A stretch of DNA of 63,950 nucleotides, counting the filler, from Basidiobolus ranarum (Eukaryota): NCBI GenBank assembly GCA_040143965.1. It is 10 parts of 10 records of this genome, joined end to end, with 100 filler letters (N's around TTAATTAATTAA, not from the genome) between each part and the next. Parts side by side here need not be neighbours in the genome. Positions count along the whole stretch, not along the records: positions 51,274 to 57,564 come from JASJQH010001351.1; positions 57,665 to 63,950 come from JASJQH010001352.1; 8 more parts are not named here. One strand, given 5' to 3'. Below the pieces are notes generated by a model that was not told where the DNA came from, ran no database searches, and saw nothing but the letters and a program-made list of their open reading frames with translations. Shown in pieces: positions 51,274-63,950 of the stretch. Position 1 is the stretch's first letter; every line of letters begins with the position of its first letter. The position numbers and the translations under genes are program-made.

Positions 51274-54200
51274 TCATTTTCAATATCATTTTCTGATGAA
51301 TCATTGGTGAGGCGATTTGATATTCTTCCAAATAAATTGAGCTTTCTACTTTGGCTTCTGATCACATTTTCAGATTCGATAGAGTTTTGCATCACAAGTT
51401 GATAACTATCTACAATCTGTTTGGAGATCTTTTCAGCCGCACGAGCAACATTATTCTTTCCTTCAATCTCGAATTTGAGATCCTCAATTTCTTCGGTTAA
51501 GCGAATTTTGGATTTCTCAAAGTTAGAGCATTGTCTTTGAAGATCATCGCAATGACTTTGAAGTGCCACCAATTCCTTTTCAGACTTCCGAGCTACCTCT
51601 TGCAATTCAGCATTCTTGTCGATCGCTTCGGATTGATATTTGTCTTGAAGCTGATCAAACTCAGCGTTTTTGGCTGATAGACGACGCTGAAGCTCAGTCT
51701 TGGAGGTTTCAACTTCCTCCAAACGGGCTTGGGTATCTGCTAGTTCTACATCCAGCTTCTTCTTCGACAGTTCCAGTGAGTTTTTACGACGTGCCTCTTC
51801 CTCCAACTCATGACTCAATGAATCCAATTGGCGTTGGAAGCCGTTTCTTTCACGCTCTAGCTTGGCAATGGTGGTTTCATACTCTTCAACGCGGGAAGAG
51901 ACGTTGGAGTATTGTTCGTCCATAGACCTTTTGGCGGTAAGAGTTTCATCGGAGAAGGCTTGAAGTTCAGCATGTTGGTCTGTTAATGTTTGAAGCTCAA
52001 ATTCGATTTGTCTCTTGGCTTTGTCTAGTTCGCTTCGCTTCTTTTCATATTCTTCGAGAGTAATCTCCAGTTCAACAATTCGTTTCTCGAATGTAGCCTT
52101 ATGATTGGCCAAAAGATCATTCTCCTGCTTGATATCCTCGAGTTGCTTTTTGAGATTATCGACCATTTGAGTATTCTTACGTCTGTTTTCCTCGAGCTCC
52201 GCTTGGCACGAGCTCAGCTGCTCTCGGAGATTGGATAGCTCGGCATCTCGAAGACGTCGACTTTCGCTCTGTTTGGTCTCTTCGTCCAATTTGGTTTCAA
52301 TTAGAGTGTGCAATTCACGAATTTCACTTTCAAGTTTGGTTTTTTGCAAGTTGGATTTTGCCCTTTCTGAGCGTTCATTTTCAAGTTCACTTTCGAGTGT
52401 TTCCATACGAACCAGAATTTCACGACGCTGCTTGTCAACTGCCATTTTATCCGAACTCTCGGATTTGAGTTGAACTTGTAGTTCTTGCAGTTCATTTTCT
52501 TTTCTCTTCAAAGTTTGATGAATCTCCTCACGAAGATTAACACATTCCGCGAGCTCTGTCTTGGCAAGTTTGAGATCACTTTCGAGTTGAATTCGCTTTT
52601 GACTAAGTTCGGTCTTCTCAGCTACTTCTTTAGCAAACTTCTCCTCTAGTTCGGTGATGGAGGCTTGGAGCTTACTCTTGACTTTAAGTAACTCCCCTTC
52701 TTTATCTTCGTTACTTTCAATTACCTTTTGCAGTTGGAGTAACTGACCCTCGAGAGATTTACGATCGGTGATCAATTTTTGAACTTGCTCAGTTTCCGCC
52801 TTTAAGTCGGATTGTAGATGGCTGATCTCTTCCTCACGGATAGATTTTTCTTTCTCAAATCTTTCCAATACAAGATTATCTTCATCCAGTTGTTCACGAA
52901 GTGACAACATTTCCTGCTCCAAATTCAATCTAACTTGAGTAACTTCTTGATACTGTAATTCAATATCTCTTAACTCGGTGGTGGCTTCAGTTAACTCTTC
53001 CTCCAACTCAGCCTCTCGTTCTTGAGTTCTTCTTAGAATCTCTTCCTTATCCATAGCAACATTCCGTTCAGAGCTAAGTAACTCTTCCACCTTCTTCATC
53101 TCACTTTCCAATTGAGATTTAAGCTTCACAAGGTGTTGTTTCTCCTCCTCTTCATGGATAACCTTCACTTCAAGTAATTTGATTTGTTCTTCTTTCTTCT
53201 TGAGTTCTTCATCGACTCGAGTTACATTGAGTAAAGGTTTAACTTTAGAATAAAGTTTCCACCAAGGCCATTCACGAAGTTTAACATAAATACGAGCATT
53301 TTTTTGAATGATTTGAATCGCTTTAAGTTGATCACTTTTACGATGAAAGAATTTTCTAGCCAAATAACCACGACAAAGTGATTGAAAATTGGTGACAATC
53401 TTGGATAATTTCTCATCACGTACATTCTCTAATTCTGCAAGTACACCAGCACGGAAAAATACTTTACTAGTACCAATTCGATATTGATTTTTATCTAATT
53501 GAATCGCCTCCAAAAGTCGATGAGATGCAGTTTTCCCATCCATAAATCCACGTGGGATAACATTCGGGGCAAGAATTTCGTAACGTTGACGAAATTCGGA
53601 GAATGGTAAACGATTGGGAAACCCTTGTCTGACGATACGAATCCCTTCCAATACTCCATTGCATCGTAATTGTTCCAGTACAAGTGGTGTTTGGAATTTA
53701 CCCGCTTTCTTTTCTTCATTGGGAAGAATACATCTGACAAAATGGGGCTCCGTGGAGTACAATTGTTTCATTAAGCTTGAGAGTTGCTCCTTATGCCGCT
53801 GAGCAACAGTACGGAAGGCTCCTTTCTTGGTACGATTTCTCGTAGTGAAGTCAGATGTGACACGAAGACAGTCGGTGAAAAGAGAGGCAATATACTTATC
53901 GGTAGAATGTCCCAGTAGTTGAGTAATGTTCTCGTTGAGAGGGTCTTTGTTCTTGTCCAACCAGCCATCTGTGGAATATTCCACCTTGGATGCATAATGA
54001 TGAAGAATAAATCCTTGCTTGAAACGAGGTACTTCATACTTGGAGGATTTTCCCTTCCAGAGTCCATGCAACTTCTCGGTGAAAGTCTTATCGGAGGCCT
54101 TGGGGACAATACATTCTTCATCCAAGCAGGAAAGAATACCGATAGGATTGGCTTTTTCAATCAAATCTATGGTAGGTTGAAGATCCAAACCAAAGTCAAT

Positions 54201-55974
54201 GAACTTCCATTCGATACCTTCCCGTTTGTATTCTTCTTGTTCCAAGACAAACATATGCTTGTTAAAGAATTGTTGAAGTCTTTCATTAGTGTAATTGATG
54301 AACAGTTGTTCAAGATCGTTGATATCGAAGATTTCAAACCCGGCAATATCCAGGACTCCTATGAATGTCGTCTTGCTGCCAGGCCTTTGAAAGGCTACAT
54401 TGATACGCTCAATTAGCGAATCGAACATGCGTTCAAAAAGAGTACGGGCCAACGCTTCGATAGAATAGACCACTTGAGTGACCGTCCGGGCCTGGACAAC
54501 CCAATCACGACCAGCAAGCATCTTGGGCTTCAATAAGCATTTGATAAATTCAGCCACAGGAATACCAAGGACATGGCATATCTTTTCGGGCACCGAGGTT
54601 TCCAACAATTGAGCCTGTTCATCACGACCAGATGAAAGTTCAATATTACCAAGGTGTAAGATGGATGCAATCACTCGAAACAGAGACAATTGCTCGTCTT
54701 CACTAAAGCCCATGACATCCATAGATTCTTGCAGAAGTTTGAACTCCGCCACATCGGCAACCCCGGCGATATCTTTTCTAGACTGCTTGGTGAAGGTATA
54801 ATCATTTAGGGTTCCTTCAATAAGGAATTTATCTTTGATAGATTGAGGAGCACCCTTCATAAATTGGTAGAAGATATGGTAGTTACGTTCTTTAGAGTTC
54901 TGCTGAGTGATTCGGGATTTCTCAAGAACATACCGCTCTATGTTAGCGCCAGCAATATGTCCGGCACTATTAAACTCAATCCGAATGAATTTTCCCTGCA
55001 ATTAAAGACATATTAAGAACCATACAGGAAGAACACTCATTTTAGCAAAGATACATACAAATCTAGATGAATTGTTATTACGGATGGTTTGAGCATTACC
55101 AAAAGATTCCAGGATAGGATTAGCACGCAGGATTTGTTGCTCCAACGAGCTCTTGAGGGTTTCTTGATTTCTATCCGTAGCAATAGCAGTCAAGTATTGA
55201 ATGACCTTTTTCGTATTCTCAGTTTTACCAGCTCCAGATTCACCACTAGAGTGATAATAAAGTTAGACACAATACATCGGGCTGCAACATTAAATATACT
55301 CACGTAATAAGAATCGACTGGTTTTCTTTATCTTGAAGCATATCATAATACGCAGCGTCAGAAATTGCAAATACGTGAGGAGGCATTTCAATTTTCTTCT
55401 TGTTCTTATAGGACTTCACGATTTGATCACTGTAAATCGGAAGTCGGTAGTAAGGATTAACAGCAACTAAGAAAAGCCCAGAATAAGTCTACAGATGAGA
55501 ATAGATTAATGCATTGATACATGAACAACCCAAATTAGATAATACCAATATCTTACATAGATTAAATTAGAGTGATATCTCAAACGAAGATTATGTACAA
55601 CTGAGGCCTCATTTAAATAAGCCAAGTCGGCCATATCTTCCACTTTATCGAATTTTGGGGGGTTCATCTTCTCAGTGCCATTTACATTTATTTGTCGTAC
55701 CTATAGTGAAGTATGAGGTGTGAGAAAAGAAAGTAGAAAGTGAGTCTCAAAGGTACTAACTCTCATACAATACCTGGTCGTTATTCAAATGTACTTCAGC
55801 TTTGTCGCCTTCTTGCTTCGTAATGTAACCAGCAATATAACCTTCTTGCTCATCTTCAACCCACACCCACTTTCTTTCGGCGAAGGCGGCATGAGCTACA
55901 GCGTCAGCAACTCCGACGTTGGAAACTCTCTCCAGAGCAAGGAGGGGATTTTCGGATGGTTCAGCGGCAACCAT
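51274..55974 (-). CDS. Class II myosin heavy chain; several small 5' exons plus one ~3.7-kb exon, 3'-truncated
   Basis: [68 protein letters not shown] and a long coiled-coil tail. Confidence 0.97.
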
Positions 55975-56802
55975 CTGAGTTAAATGAAATTTTACTGAAC
56001 AAAACTACTTTGGTTCACTCTATGTCTGGGTTTATTGAGGGGGTGCGCTGTTAACTACGGTGCCAAGGAAAAGTAAAAGAATTCCTAATACAACAGGACC
56101 TAGCCACCTACTATAGTAGGAGAGATAATAAAGTAGAGGTAAGTAGTACTAAGCTGTTTCAACGTCATAAATCATTTAATGCCATTAACATCGGTGGACT
56201 AGTGCTAAACCGAAGTGACGAATGAAATGTAAACAAAAACCAATGAAATGGATTAATTGGCGGAAAACTCGTATACCAATTTACGAAATCAATGTATTGG
56301 CAATAATGTTTTGGACTTGAAAAGGGTTGTAATGATTGATTGTATTGCTTTCCATTTGAATTATACCGAAGAACAACGAGGATTCATTAGTCTGTCAGAA
56401 TTTGGAATAAACAAGAAATTGGTGACCATGCTGAGTCTATTATTGATCGAAATCACCGAGAGGCAATGAAATCATATGTATAAGTTTATATTGCATCGAG
56501 ATGGGCACCAATGGCTACAAGCAGGAACTTATTTTCATCAGGCTTGGTAGTCTCAATTGTCATTCTCTGGTGAATGTACGACCATGGCAGCAGCTCGAGG
56601 GTCTTTGAGAATCATCTACTTCCCATCGAATCAGTGAACCCGGGCCTTTGTATCCCAATCCCCAATCTATTTATAAACATCGGATGTGAGATATATTCCA
56701 CTGAGATAGTTTATTGACATGCTTATAGAGGTGACTTATACAAAGAGTAGCGTTGTGGTATTTTGGTGCCTGATGAAACATTTTATACACGAACAAGTTC
56801 AA

Positions 56803-57564
56803 TTAAGCTAATCCTGGAATACAAACCATCATCATCAAGGCTCCAATGAGTCCATACAAGATAAGTTGAGCATCCTGCTTGGAGGCACTCGAGTGTGGAG
56901 TCACGGATGGTTTATTATCAGCTGAATTGCCGCTAGATACTGGCACTGACTTGGAAGCGTCTGAGGAAGCTACGGGACTAGCTATGGGGGCAGTTGAGGC
57001 CTGAGTGGAATCTTTGGTACTGGACGGGACGTGAGCTGAATCCATAGTGTTAGTAGGAGCTGGAGCTGAATCTTTAGTGCTAGTAGGAGCTGGAGCTGAA
57101 TCTTTAGTGCTAGTAGGAGCTTGAGCTGAATCTTTAGTGCTAGTTGGAGCTTGGACTGAATCCTTGGCGCTAGTTGGAACGTGAGCGGGATCTTTGGTAC
57201 TAGTAGGATCTTGAGTTGACGCTGTTGGGGCCTTGTCGGATTGATAGGGAAGCTCGTTCATATCTAACACCGAGGTTATTAAGAGAGATATCTGCTAATG
57301 TGACGTAAACGAGTTTACCTGTGCATACAACTTGGCCACAATTCAAAAGTTCTTTACAACTAACATCAACTGGATTCTTGACCCCTGAACAAGTCGATGA
57401 ATCCGGACGATAATTCAAGAATTTGAGGTTGACGGAGGAATTGTCAAGGGAAAAGCTGAATGATTCAAAGTAATTATAATTCGTCAGTCCAATACTGCCT
57501 ATGTATACATTGCACTAAAATGATTCTTACTCGACTTCACGTCCTGATGTAGAGAGCTGGGAAG
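56803..57564 (-). CDS. GPI/cell-surface protein C-terminal part with Cys-rich segment and 10-aa repeats, 5'-truncated
   Basis: Spliced exons, (PTSTKDSAxA)-like repeats and hydrophobic C-terminal tail. Confidence 0.75.
57001..57207 (-). repeat. 30-bp coding tandem repeat, ~7 units
   Basis: Units such as GAGCTGAATCTTTAGTGCTAGTAGGAGCT. Confidence 0.9.
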
Positions 57565-57664
57565 NNNNNNNNNNNNNNNNNNNNNNNNNNNNNNNNNNNN
57601 NNNNNNNNTTAATTAATTAANNNNNNNNNNNNNNNNNNNNNNNNNNNNNNNNNNNNNNNNNNNN
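57565..57664. other. Artificial contig linker
   Basis: N44-TTAATTAATTAA-N44. Confidence 0.99.
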
Positions 57665-58198
57665 AAGTCAGTGAATGTGGTACACACACATGTCTTTGGT
57701 AAACCAAATAGAATATTCCTAAATACGGTAGTGTTTGCAACCCTCTAGCCTGCTCTGTCTAACCCTAACGCGAAGGTGAATTTAGATAGACACACCCAGA
57801 ATAGAAAAAAACTGATTTAAAATCGAATCTTTATCGATGAAATGCCCGGAGTTGGACAATGTGTTTTCCAAATGTATATGTATGTGCGCTTTAGTGTCGA
57901 TCATGGGTTTTAGTTGAAAGTGTGTGAATGTTTGATGGTTTTGCTCCAACTAGTTTACTAACGGATGAATTCTGATATCGCTATATAAATATATCTATTC
58001 AAACTGTCTTCCATTTAATAACTTCACAGTCAGTGCATTTTAGACTTTACAGGTTTATGATATATATGCATGAGTGATGGCGATGGCGATGATGATGGTG
58101 ATGAGCATGGTAATGGTAGTAGGGCCAGTACAATTACCTTTTATATAAAAGCAGGTGCACGCCTTTCCTCACTTCTAGAAATTCTTCTGCAGTCACAT

Positions 58199-59175
58199 AT
58201 GAACAAACTTGACATACGCGCGCCTTTGTTCGTGTTGAAACTATACAAGTACGATCTTACTTCTTCTGTATGGCCCTTCAGTTCTAGTTTGCTCACTCAT
58301 TTTCTTCTAGAATTCTTTTCGAACCAGGCTATAATGATATGATAGTTTGGGAACGGTCCGGTAGTAGATTCATCATCAAAAGTCAACTAGATTTTGCCTC
58401 ACGAGTACTACCCAAGCACTATGAGACCAACAAATTTGCTTCCTTCACTCGTCAATTGAATGTAAGTAATAGAAGTTTATTTTATCAGTAAGACCCTTCT
58501 TTCTTAACGTATTCTTTGCAGATATATGGCTTCTATCGGATATCAGACCGCCGAAGAAGAAAGCAAAGTTGCGATACTTCAATGATAATCTACTCACATC
58601 CTTACTTCCACCGAGACCATCCGGAAACCCTTTATCTCATACAAAGAAAATCTGGCCCGTACTCTCAAACAAGAGTCAAAGTGACCATTCCTGATGAGCA
58701 TGATAATTCCTTACTACCGCCCTCTCTTCCCTCACCAATATTAGTCTCAGATTCAACCATTAATTCACAGCCCCCATCCCCAATAGATTCTACATTCAGA
58801 TGCACACAAGCGACCCCAAGCGACTGTTTGAAATGTGAAACTCTTAGGCAGGATATAGCGACTTTGCGGGAAAGCATTGAACAATACATATCTTTACTAA
58901 ACGAGCCAGACACCATCAGTCAAACGAAAGCGTGCTCAATAACTGACATTCAGACCCCAGGTCCGGTTTCTTCTAGTTTGCAAGCTCCTTGGTTTTTGAC
59001 TATGTCTCAATCCTTATCCTCCTCTTTCCTTTTTGCTGATTCCACCAACCCATACTCATATCCGTATCCGTATTCATATCCATATCCATATCAGTATCCG
59101 TATCCATACCACCAACCATTAGCCAATGACACCACAACGCTACCTAACTATGGCTATGTGCGATCAGATCAATAA
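58199..59175 (+). CDS. HSF-type DNA-binding transcription factor; exons 58199-58248, 58311-58461, 58522-59175
   Basis: FVLKLYK|IL, IVW..SG..FII, VLPKHYETNKFASFTRQLN|IYGFYR and YSHPYFHRD; TATATAAAA at ~58142. Confidence 0.92.
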
Positions 59176-61003
59176 AATGATTGCAAGTATATTTGTCAAT
59201 GGAGGCGTTGTTTATCAACCTGTAGACAATCCCAGTTATTTGAAACGTACTCGAGCCAATGAAGTAACATGGTTCGTTTCACGCGTTATGATAAAGCCTT
59301 AGAAACATCAGAAGTTTCCATTGTTTGGTGTTCATTTGTGGCCCAGCATTTTAATCAATAAACTAGATAGAGTTAATTAGGGTGGGTTATTGGCTAACCC
59401 TTGACGTCACTTTCATTTAAACCCCTATCTGATTTGATTGAAATTGAGTACATTCTTCAGAAGCGTTGGGGAGTTTCGTTTGACACAACTCATAGACGAT
59501 AGAGCCAATGGGATATCTTCGGTCCAATTGTATACTAAATCTTGAATCAAGCTGGGTTCTATCAAGTTCCCCATGTAATATGACATCTTCAGCTGTACGG
59601 TGGGCGAAGTGAGTTGATTTGGATCACTTGAGTTTCAAGGCACAGATTGAGTCACTAGTAATGCCACTACCACCATCCCAAATTGGGCGGTACCTTTTAT
59701 CTGACCGTTATTAACAACGTAGCAGCCACTTCCTCTGTAGACAAGGTCCCTGATAGGTCCTTTCATCGCGATGGTGTTACCTATATGAGTTTACCATTGG
59801 GAAAGTTAGGATGATACACACCGTGATCCATGTAAGGAGTTTGGTGCGTAAACGCGGATCAAGCACTGCCCTATAATGGCATCAAGTTCACTTCAATGCG
59901 GAGGGGAGGGTAATATAATAATGATTCAAAGCAAGACATGATCTAGTCTGACCTTGTCTCTAGATACTCTTTGGGAAGGAGGGGGAGTGTGGCTAGACTA
60001 TCAGCGTTGACGTGAACTGCAGCGCTCCTTGTACTAACAATTGAATCTAAACGGAGGTCTATGATATCTAAGTGTTGGATATGCATGGCTCTAATGAGCT
60101 TCGAAACCTTCACTACAATTGTAGCCATTATGGAAGATGATATTTTCGGCTCTTCCCGGGTTGTTCCTCAAGGAACCCGAGCCCGTCATATACTTTGCTG
60201 ATAATCCAGCAGTCTTATGGTGTTTCCTACTCTCTCGTGAGTAAAATACTTGTAGGGATAGCTGCAGTTGTGGTTTCTGGTGCAGGAGTGGTGGCTTGTG
60301 TGGGTCATCCAACTACCTTCTTGATTGGTGGCAAGATAGGGATGCACGAAACAAAAGATCATTTGTTCACTTGAGGATAACCATCTAAAATAGGCATTAT
60401 TCATCTAACCTAACAGGTTAAGTATTGTGAGTAGGGTAATTCCAAGCACGAACAATAACCTCGGAGTAACTTTTTTTTCTAGGAAATCGCACAACCTTCT
60501 AGCGGTATTGTTACTAATTAGAGAAGATATTTGCTGATCCACGAAACACAAGATCCACCACCCTCCATCATCATTAGATAACTGTACTCGAATAATTTTA
60601 TTACTACATCCAGCATACGCGTAGTTTCAAAATCTATAGGTGTCTTGAGCTCATCGGTTTGGGGATAGGCGTTAGTGAGTTGATGTCCATTTAAGCGATA
60701 ATATCATCAGGCTTTGCCACCTATTATCTAGAACTAATCTTGAATGGTTGACATGAGACGGAATAATGTGATGATTATAAATGTGTTACCAACGAACGGT
60801 TGATCCTCTCCAGCCACTAATAACTGTGACAGCTCATACTTCCACCATAGTTGTTTAGTACCTTCATAACTACCATACCATACCATTCATTCCCTTCCGG
60901 CCCATTCAATAAATCAGAAATCATCCCACCGCCAAAAATAGTACAAACGCCGACGGATCAACAAAATGTAACTCTTTTCAAGGGGAAGTTGGTTGCATAG
61001 TGA

Positions 61004-61039
61004 AAGGAATGGGATAAGGAATGGGATAAGGAATGGGAT
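61004..61039 (+). repeat. 12-bp tandem repeat (AAGGAATGGGAT)x3
   Basis: Read directly from the sequence. Confidence 0.85.
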
Positions 61040-61422
61040 TATCAACTAGCCCAGTGATCTACAGAAAATGTGTACTCCACTCAAACGTAGATAAGCAAAG
61101 GATAAGACCGTAGGTGTGTTATACCAATGAGAGGTAGATGGTTTGTTGTTGAATGGATGGTTTCCAGTAAGTCCAATCATATCTGGATGTTACTTAATCC
61201 AGTAATCCATTGAGGGTTATCTCGTTATGAGTTTCGAATTCAATCTTATCATTGTTTGTTCAACTGGAGTCTATCATGATGTTTCAGTACTCGAACTTTT
61301 ATGTATTATGTTTGACTCTTGAGGAATTTTCCCGCATAAGAAGCATATTGTCCTAGCCCTCTAACTCAAAGATTTACTGCGAATTATTGCATATGTTTGT
61401 TTATTTATCAAAATGCCTGTGA

Positions 61423-63851
61423 CTAATGGATAGATTTAGTTCGTTTACGTATTTTGATGCCAAATTCTGGAGGCGTGGGATTGATGGATCTATATAATGC
61501 CCTAGATTTCAACTCAGTCCAGACTAGAAAGTGGCTTTATTAGTAAGGAGCATCGCAAGCGGTAACAGGGTACTTACATTTATTGAGCTCGAGCTCTACA
61601 AGACAACGATTTCGGATTTGAGATATCATCGGCCATGCTGAACTTTCCCCTTTACGTATCCAGTAATCCAATGCATTGTAGGTAGGGTTAGAAAAGAGTG
61701 TATTGAAATCCTAAATAGACACTCATTTAGATGGTACAACCATGGAATTCCAACCTATCAATGAAACACTAACACTGATGCTGAGCGAAGGCACAATCGT
61801 CACATTTCCTGATAGTTTGATGTCAATGAGCCCACGAAAGACCCTTGGAAGTAAGTTAAATTGTTCCAGCTGAAATTGGAGTTAGCCTCTGAGACACTGG
61901 ACATGAACACACAACCAAGGTTACCTGTATCAATCGATGTCTAGCCTCCGTCATAATAATTCTCATTACTTTGGTGAGTATACCGCCAGGCTCTTTAAGT
62001 CCCCTAGAGATAAATGGGACGATATAGGGATTGGCTTGAGATACGATAAAATGGTTCACATGGAAAAGCTCGGTTAATCTTGTTGTATGAGATTCACTAA
62101 GTAATCTTGAAAGTTAATCTCCTGTCATCTAGGGCATCCATATCTCTCCACATACCTTTCGTTCAATGACGCCTCGCTCCATTTAATTGCTAGGCATCAA
62201 CATTAGTATTGAATCTCCCGTTGAGAATATCCTGAAATTACCTGAAGGATTCCAAGGAACAATTTTTCCATTCTTGTCCTTTGCCATCAATTCGACCGAA
62301 TCATACAGACCCATCATCACTGTGGAAGCACAAGCGGCACTCCAAATTAACTAATGTAACAAGTGTTAAGTGGGATCTTCAAAATCTACTTGGAGTTACA
62401 TACCACATTCGGTGCTGTCAAGTAATTCAACAGTTGAGGTACTTCGTATTTCCTAGTTGGAGATACTGCAATATTCAAAATACGACCGGTTTTGTTGAAT
62501 GCATCCTGGTCACGAACATGATTAAAGTCATTCAAGTACGCAAATTAGCAGCGATTGTTACCTCAAATGTGATATCTCCAACATTACTTCTGACACAGTC
62601 TTCCAAGACTTTGACATCTAGCAAATACCCTAAAGTAATGATTATTACTTGGGTTTCAGTCATCAAACTAAACCGTTAGAACGTACCATGCTTCATCAAT
62701 CTATTGATTTTTCTACGAATGTTTCCTTTGGCTTCGACCTTGGCGAAGGCCTGTAAATCAATTCCTCCAGGTTTACATATATCCTACATTTTGGGAGTTA
62801 ATTGAAATGAAGAATATTACAAGGTGCTAATTACTTACGGGCAGTTCTTCGTCAGTGTGTATGCAAACCAAGGTTGCAATCAACGCACCAATTCCAGTTC
62901 CACACAGGATTTTAGGTAGGAGCTTGTGCTCATGTAACGCTTTAACAACACCCAAATGATACAATCCTAGACCAAAGAACAGATCAATTAAATGTTAAGA
63001 TATATGAACGATAGAATTTCTTACCAAATGTAGTTCCTCCCTGTAAAATCAACGCCGTACGTCCAAAACTTTGTTGAGTATCGTTGAAAAAATCCATCTT
63101 TGCTTGTACACTCAATTTGCTAGGATCACTGTTGGCAATAATGGCAAGCTCAAGCACCAATTCCGATATATATTCTTCAATCAGCCTTTTGGTTCTGTTG
63201 GGAATATTTATTTACTAAAAGCTGAGTCGTCAAAGATTAAAATTAAGTATCTTACCCTACATATGAGTGCCGATAAAGACGTGGGTCATGCAAACCACCC
63301 AAATTACGAAGTAGCCCTAGTAAGTTCATATATTTTAGTCAAATATTCGATTCTTTTGATAAGCGGGAAAAAAGAACTCACCAGAACGTAGATAATACAT
63401 CATCGCTTGAACATCGTCATTCTCTCGTACTCCAATCAGATGCTCTAAGCGAGTGTGTATAAGCTTATAATCGTAGTATCTTGAAACTGGATTACTTTTC
63501 CACACGTTATTTCCTAGGGATCTATAAAAATTTTAACGACAAAAGGAGGAAGTACTTCAGAACAATTCGATATTTACTCGTCTAAAGTCAAAGCAGCTCT
63601 CAACCATTCGTCATAATTTTGAGCGGTTTTCAGTTGCATTCGAAGTTTATCTTCTTGACTTGGCTCCCATAAGAAATTGATGTAACTCTAAAGATATATA
63701 TCAAAGCTTCAATATCACCAGTTCTTGACTAAAACTTTCCAAATAATTCCTCTTTTACCCTCCACCAAAACTCGGCTACTTCAACAAATAGCGCAATAGA
63801 CGCCAGCGTTAACTTCAAGCAGCTCTCAAATATTTTACTTAACTTTGGCAT
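61423..63851 (-). CDS. TGL3: Tgl3-like patatin-domain triacylglycerol lipase homolog, ~15 exons, complete; largely missed by the ORF track
   Basis: Spliced YDYKLI, LLRNLGG, TKRLIEEY, FGRTALILQGGTTFG|LYHLGVVKAL, LLNYLTAPNV|LIWSAACAS and ELFHVNHFIVSQANP; ATG 63851, TAG 61423. Confidence 0.9.
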
Positions 63852-63950
63852 GAGAAAGATGTTCGAAGACAGAGTATACTTTCAGGTATATTGGTGTATG
63901 GTGGCTTAGTCATTGCATATGTTGCTTACACCATCTTCACATGAAAGCAT

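Noticed and set aside
51563-54416. Antisense and alternate-frame ORFs over myosin (similar ones over UAP1, FTR1, CDA and TGL3)
   Set aside because: Shadow ORFs of real coding sequence.

Overview
This window is not one locus. It is ten unrelated ~6.3-kb contigs, sorted by decreasing length and joined by an artificial 100-nt spacer (N44-TTAATTAATTAA-N44). The DNA is from an intron-rich fungus, most likely an early-diverging lineage (a Basidiobolus/Zoopagomycota- or Mucoromycota-like genome is my inference). Recognisable genes are UAP1, a divergent FET3/FTR1 iron-uptake pair, PRP4 kinase, an EF-hand MscS-like channel, a C2H2 factor, a histidine phosphatase, CDK1, a UNC-93-like MFS transporter, gamma-glutamyltranspeptidase, a GPI chitin deacetylase, myosin II, an HSF-type factor, a Tgl3-like patatin and several secreted/GPI proteins. 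Nested, CpG-depleted Copia, Gypsy and CACTA relics are also present. The most notable observations are: (1) an uncharacterised 6-Cys GPI protein surrounded by six exact ATCWGATAA iron-GATA boxes, a motif also present in the FET3/FTR1 promoter, making it a candidate new iron/heme/siderophore-capture component; (2) a contig with bacterial-type intronless genes (a CspE-like cold-shock protein and an alpha/beta hydrolase) in fungal-type DNA; (3) a Tf1-like self-priming Gypsy LTR; (4) an in-frame stop in FET3; (5) a Tgl3-like patatin lacking both catalytic residues. All calls were made by eye with no database searches.
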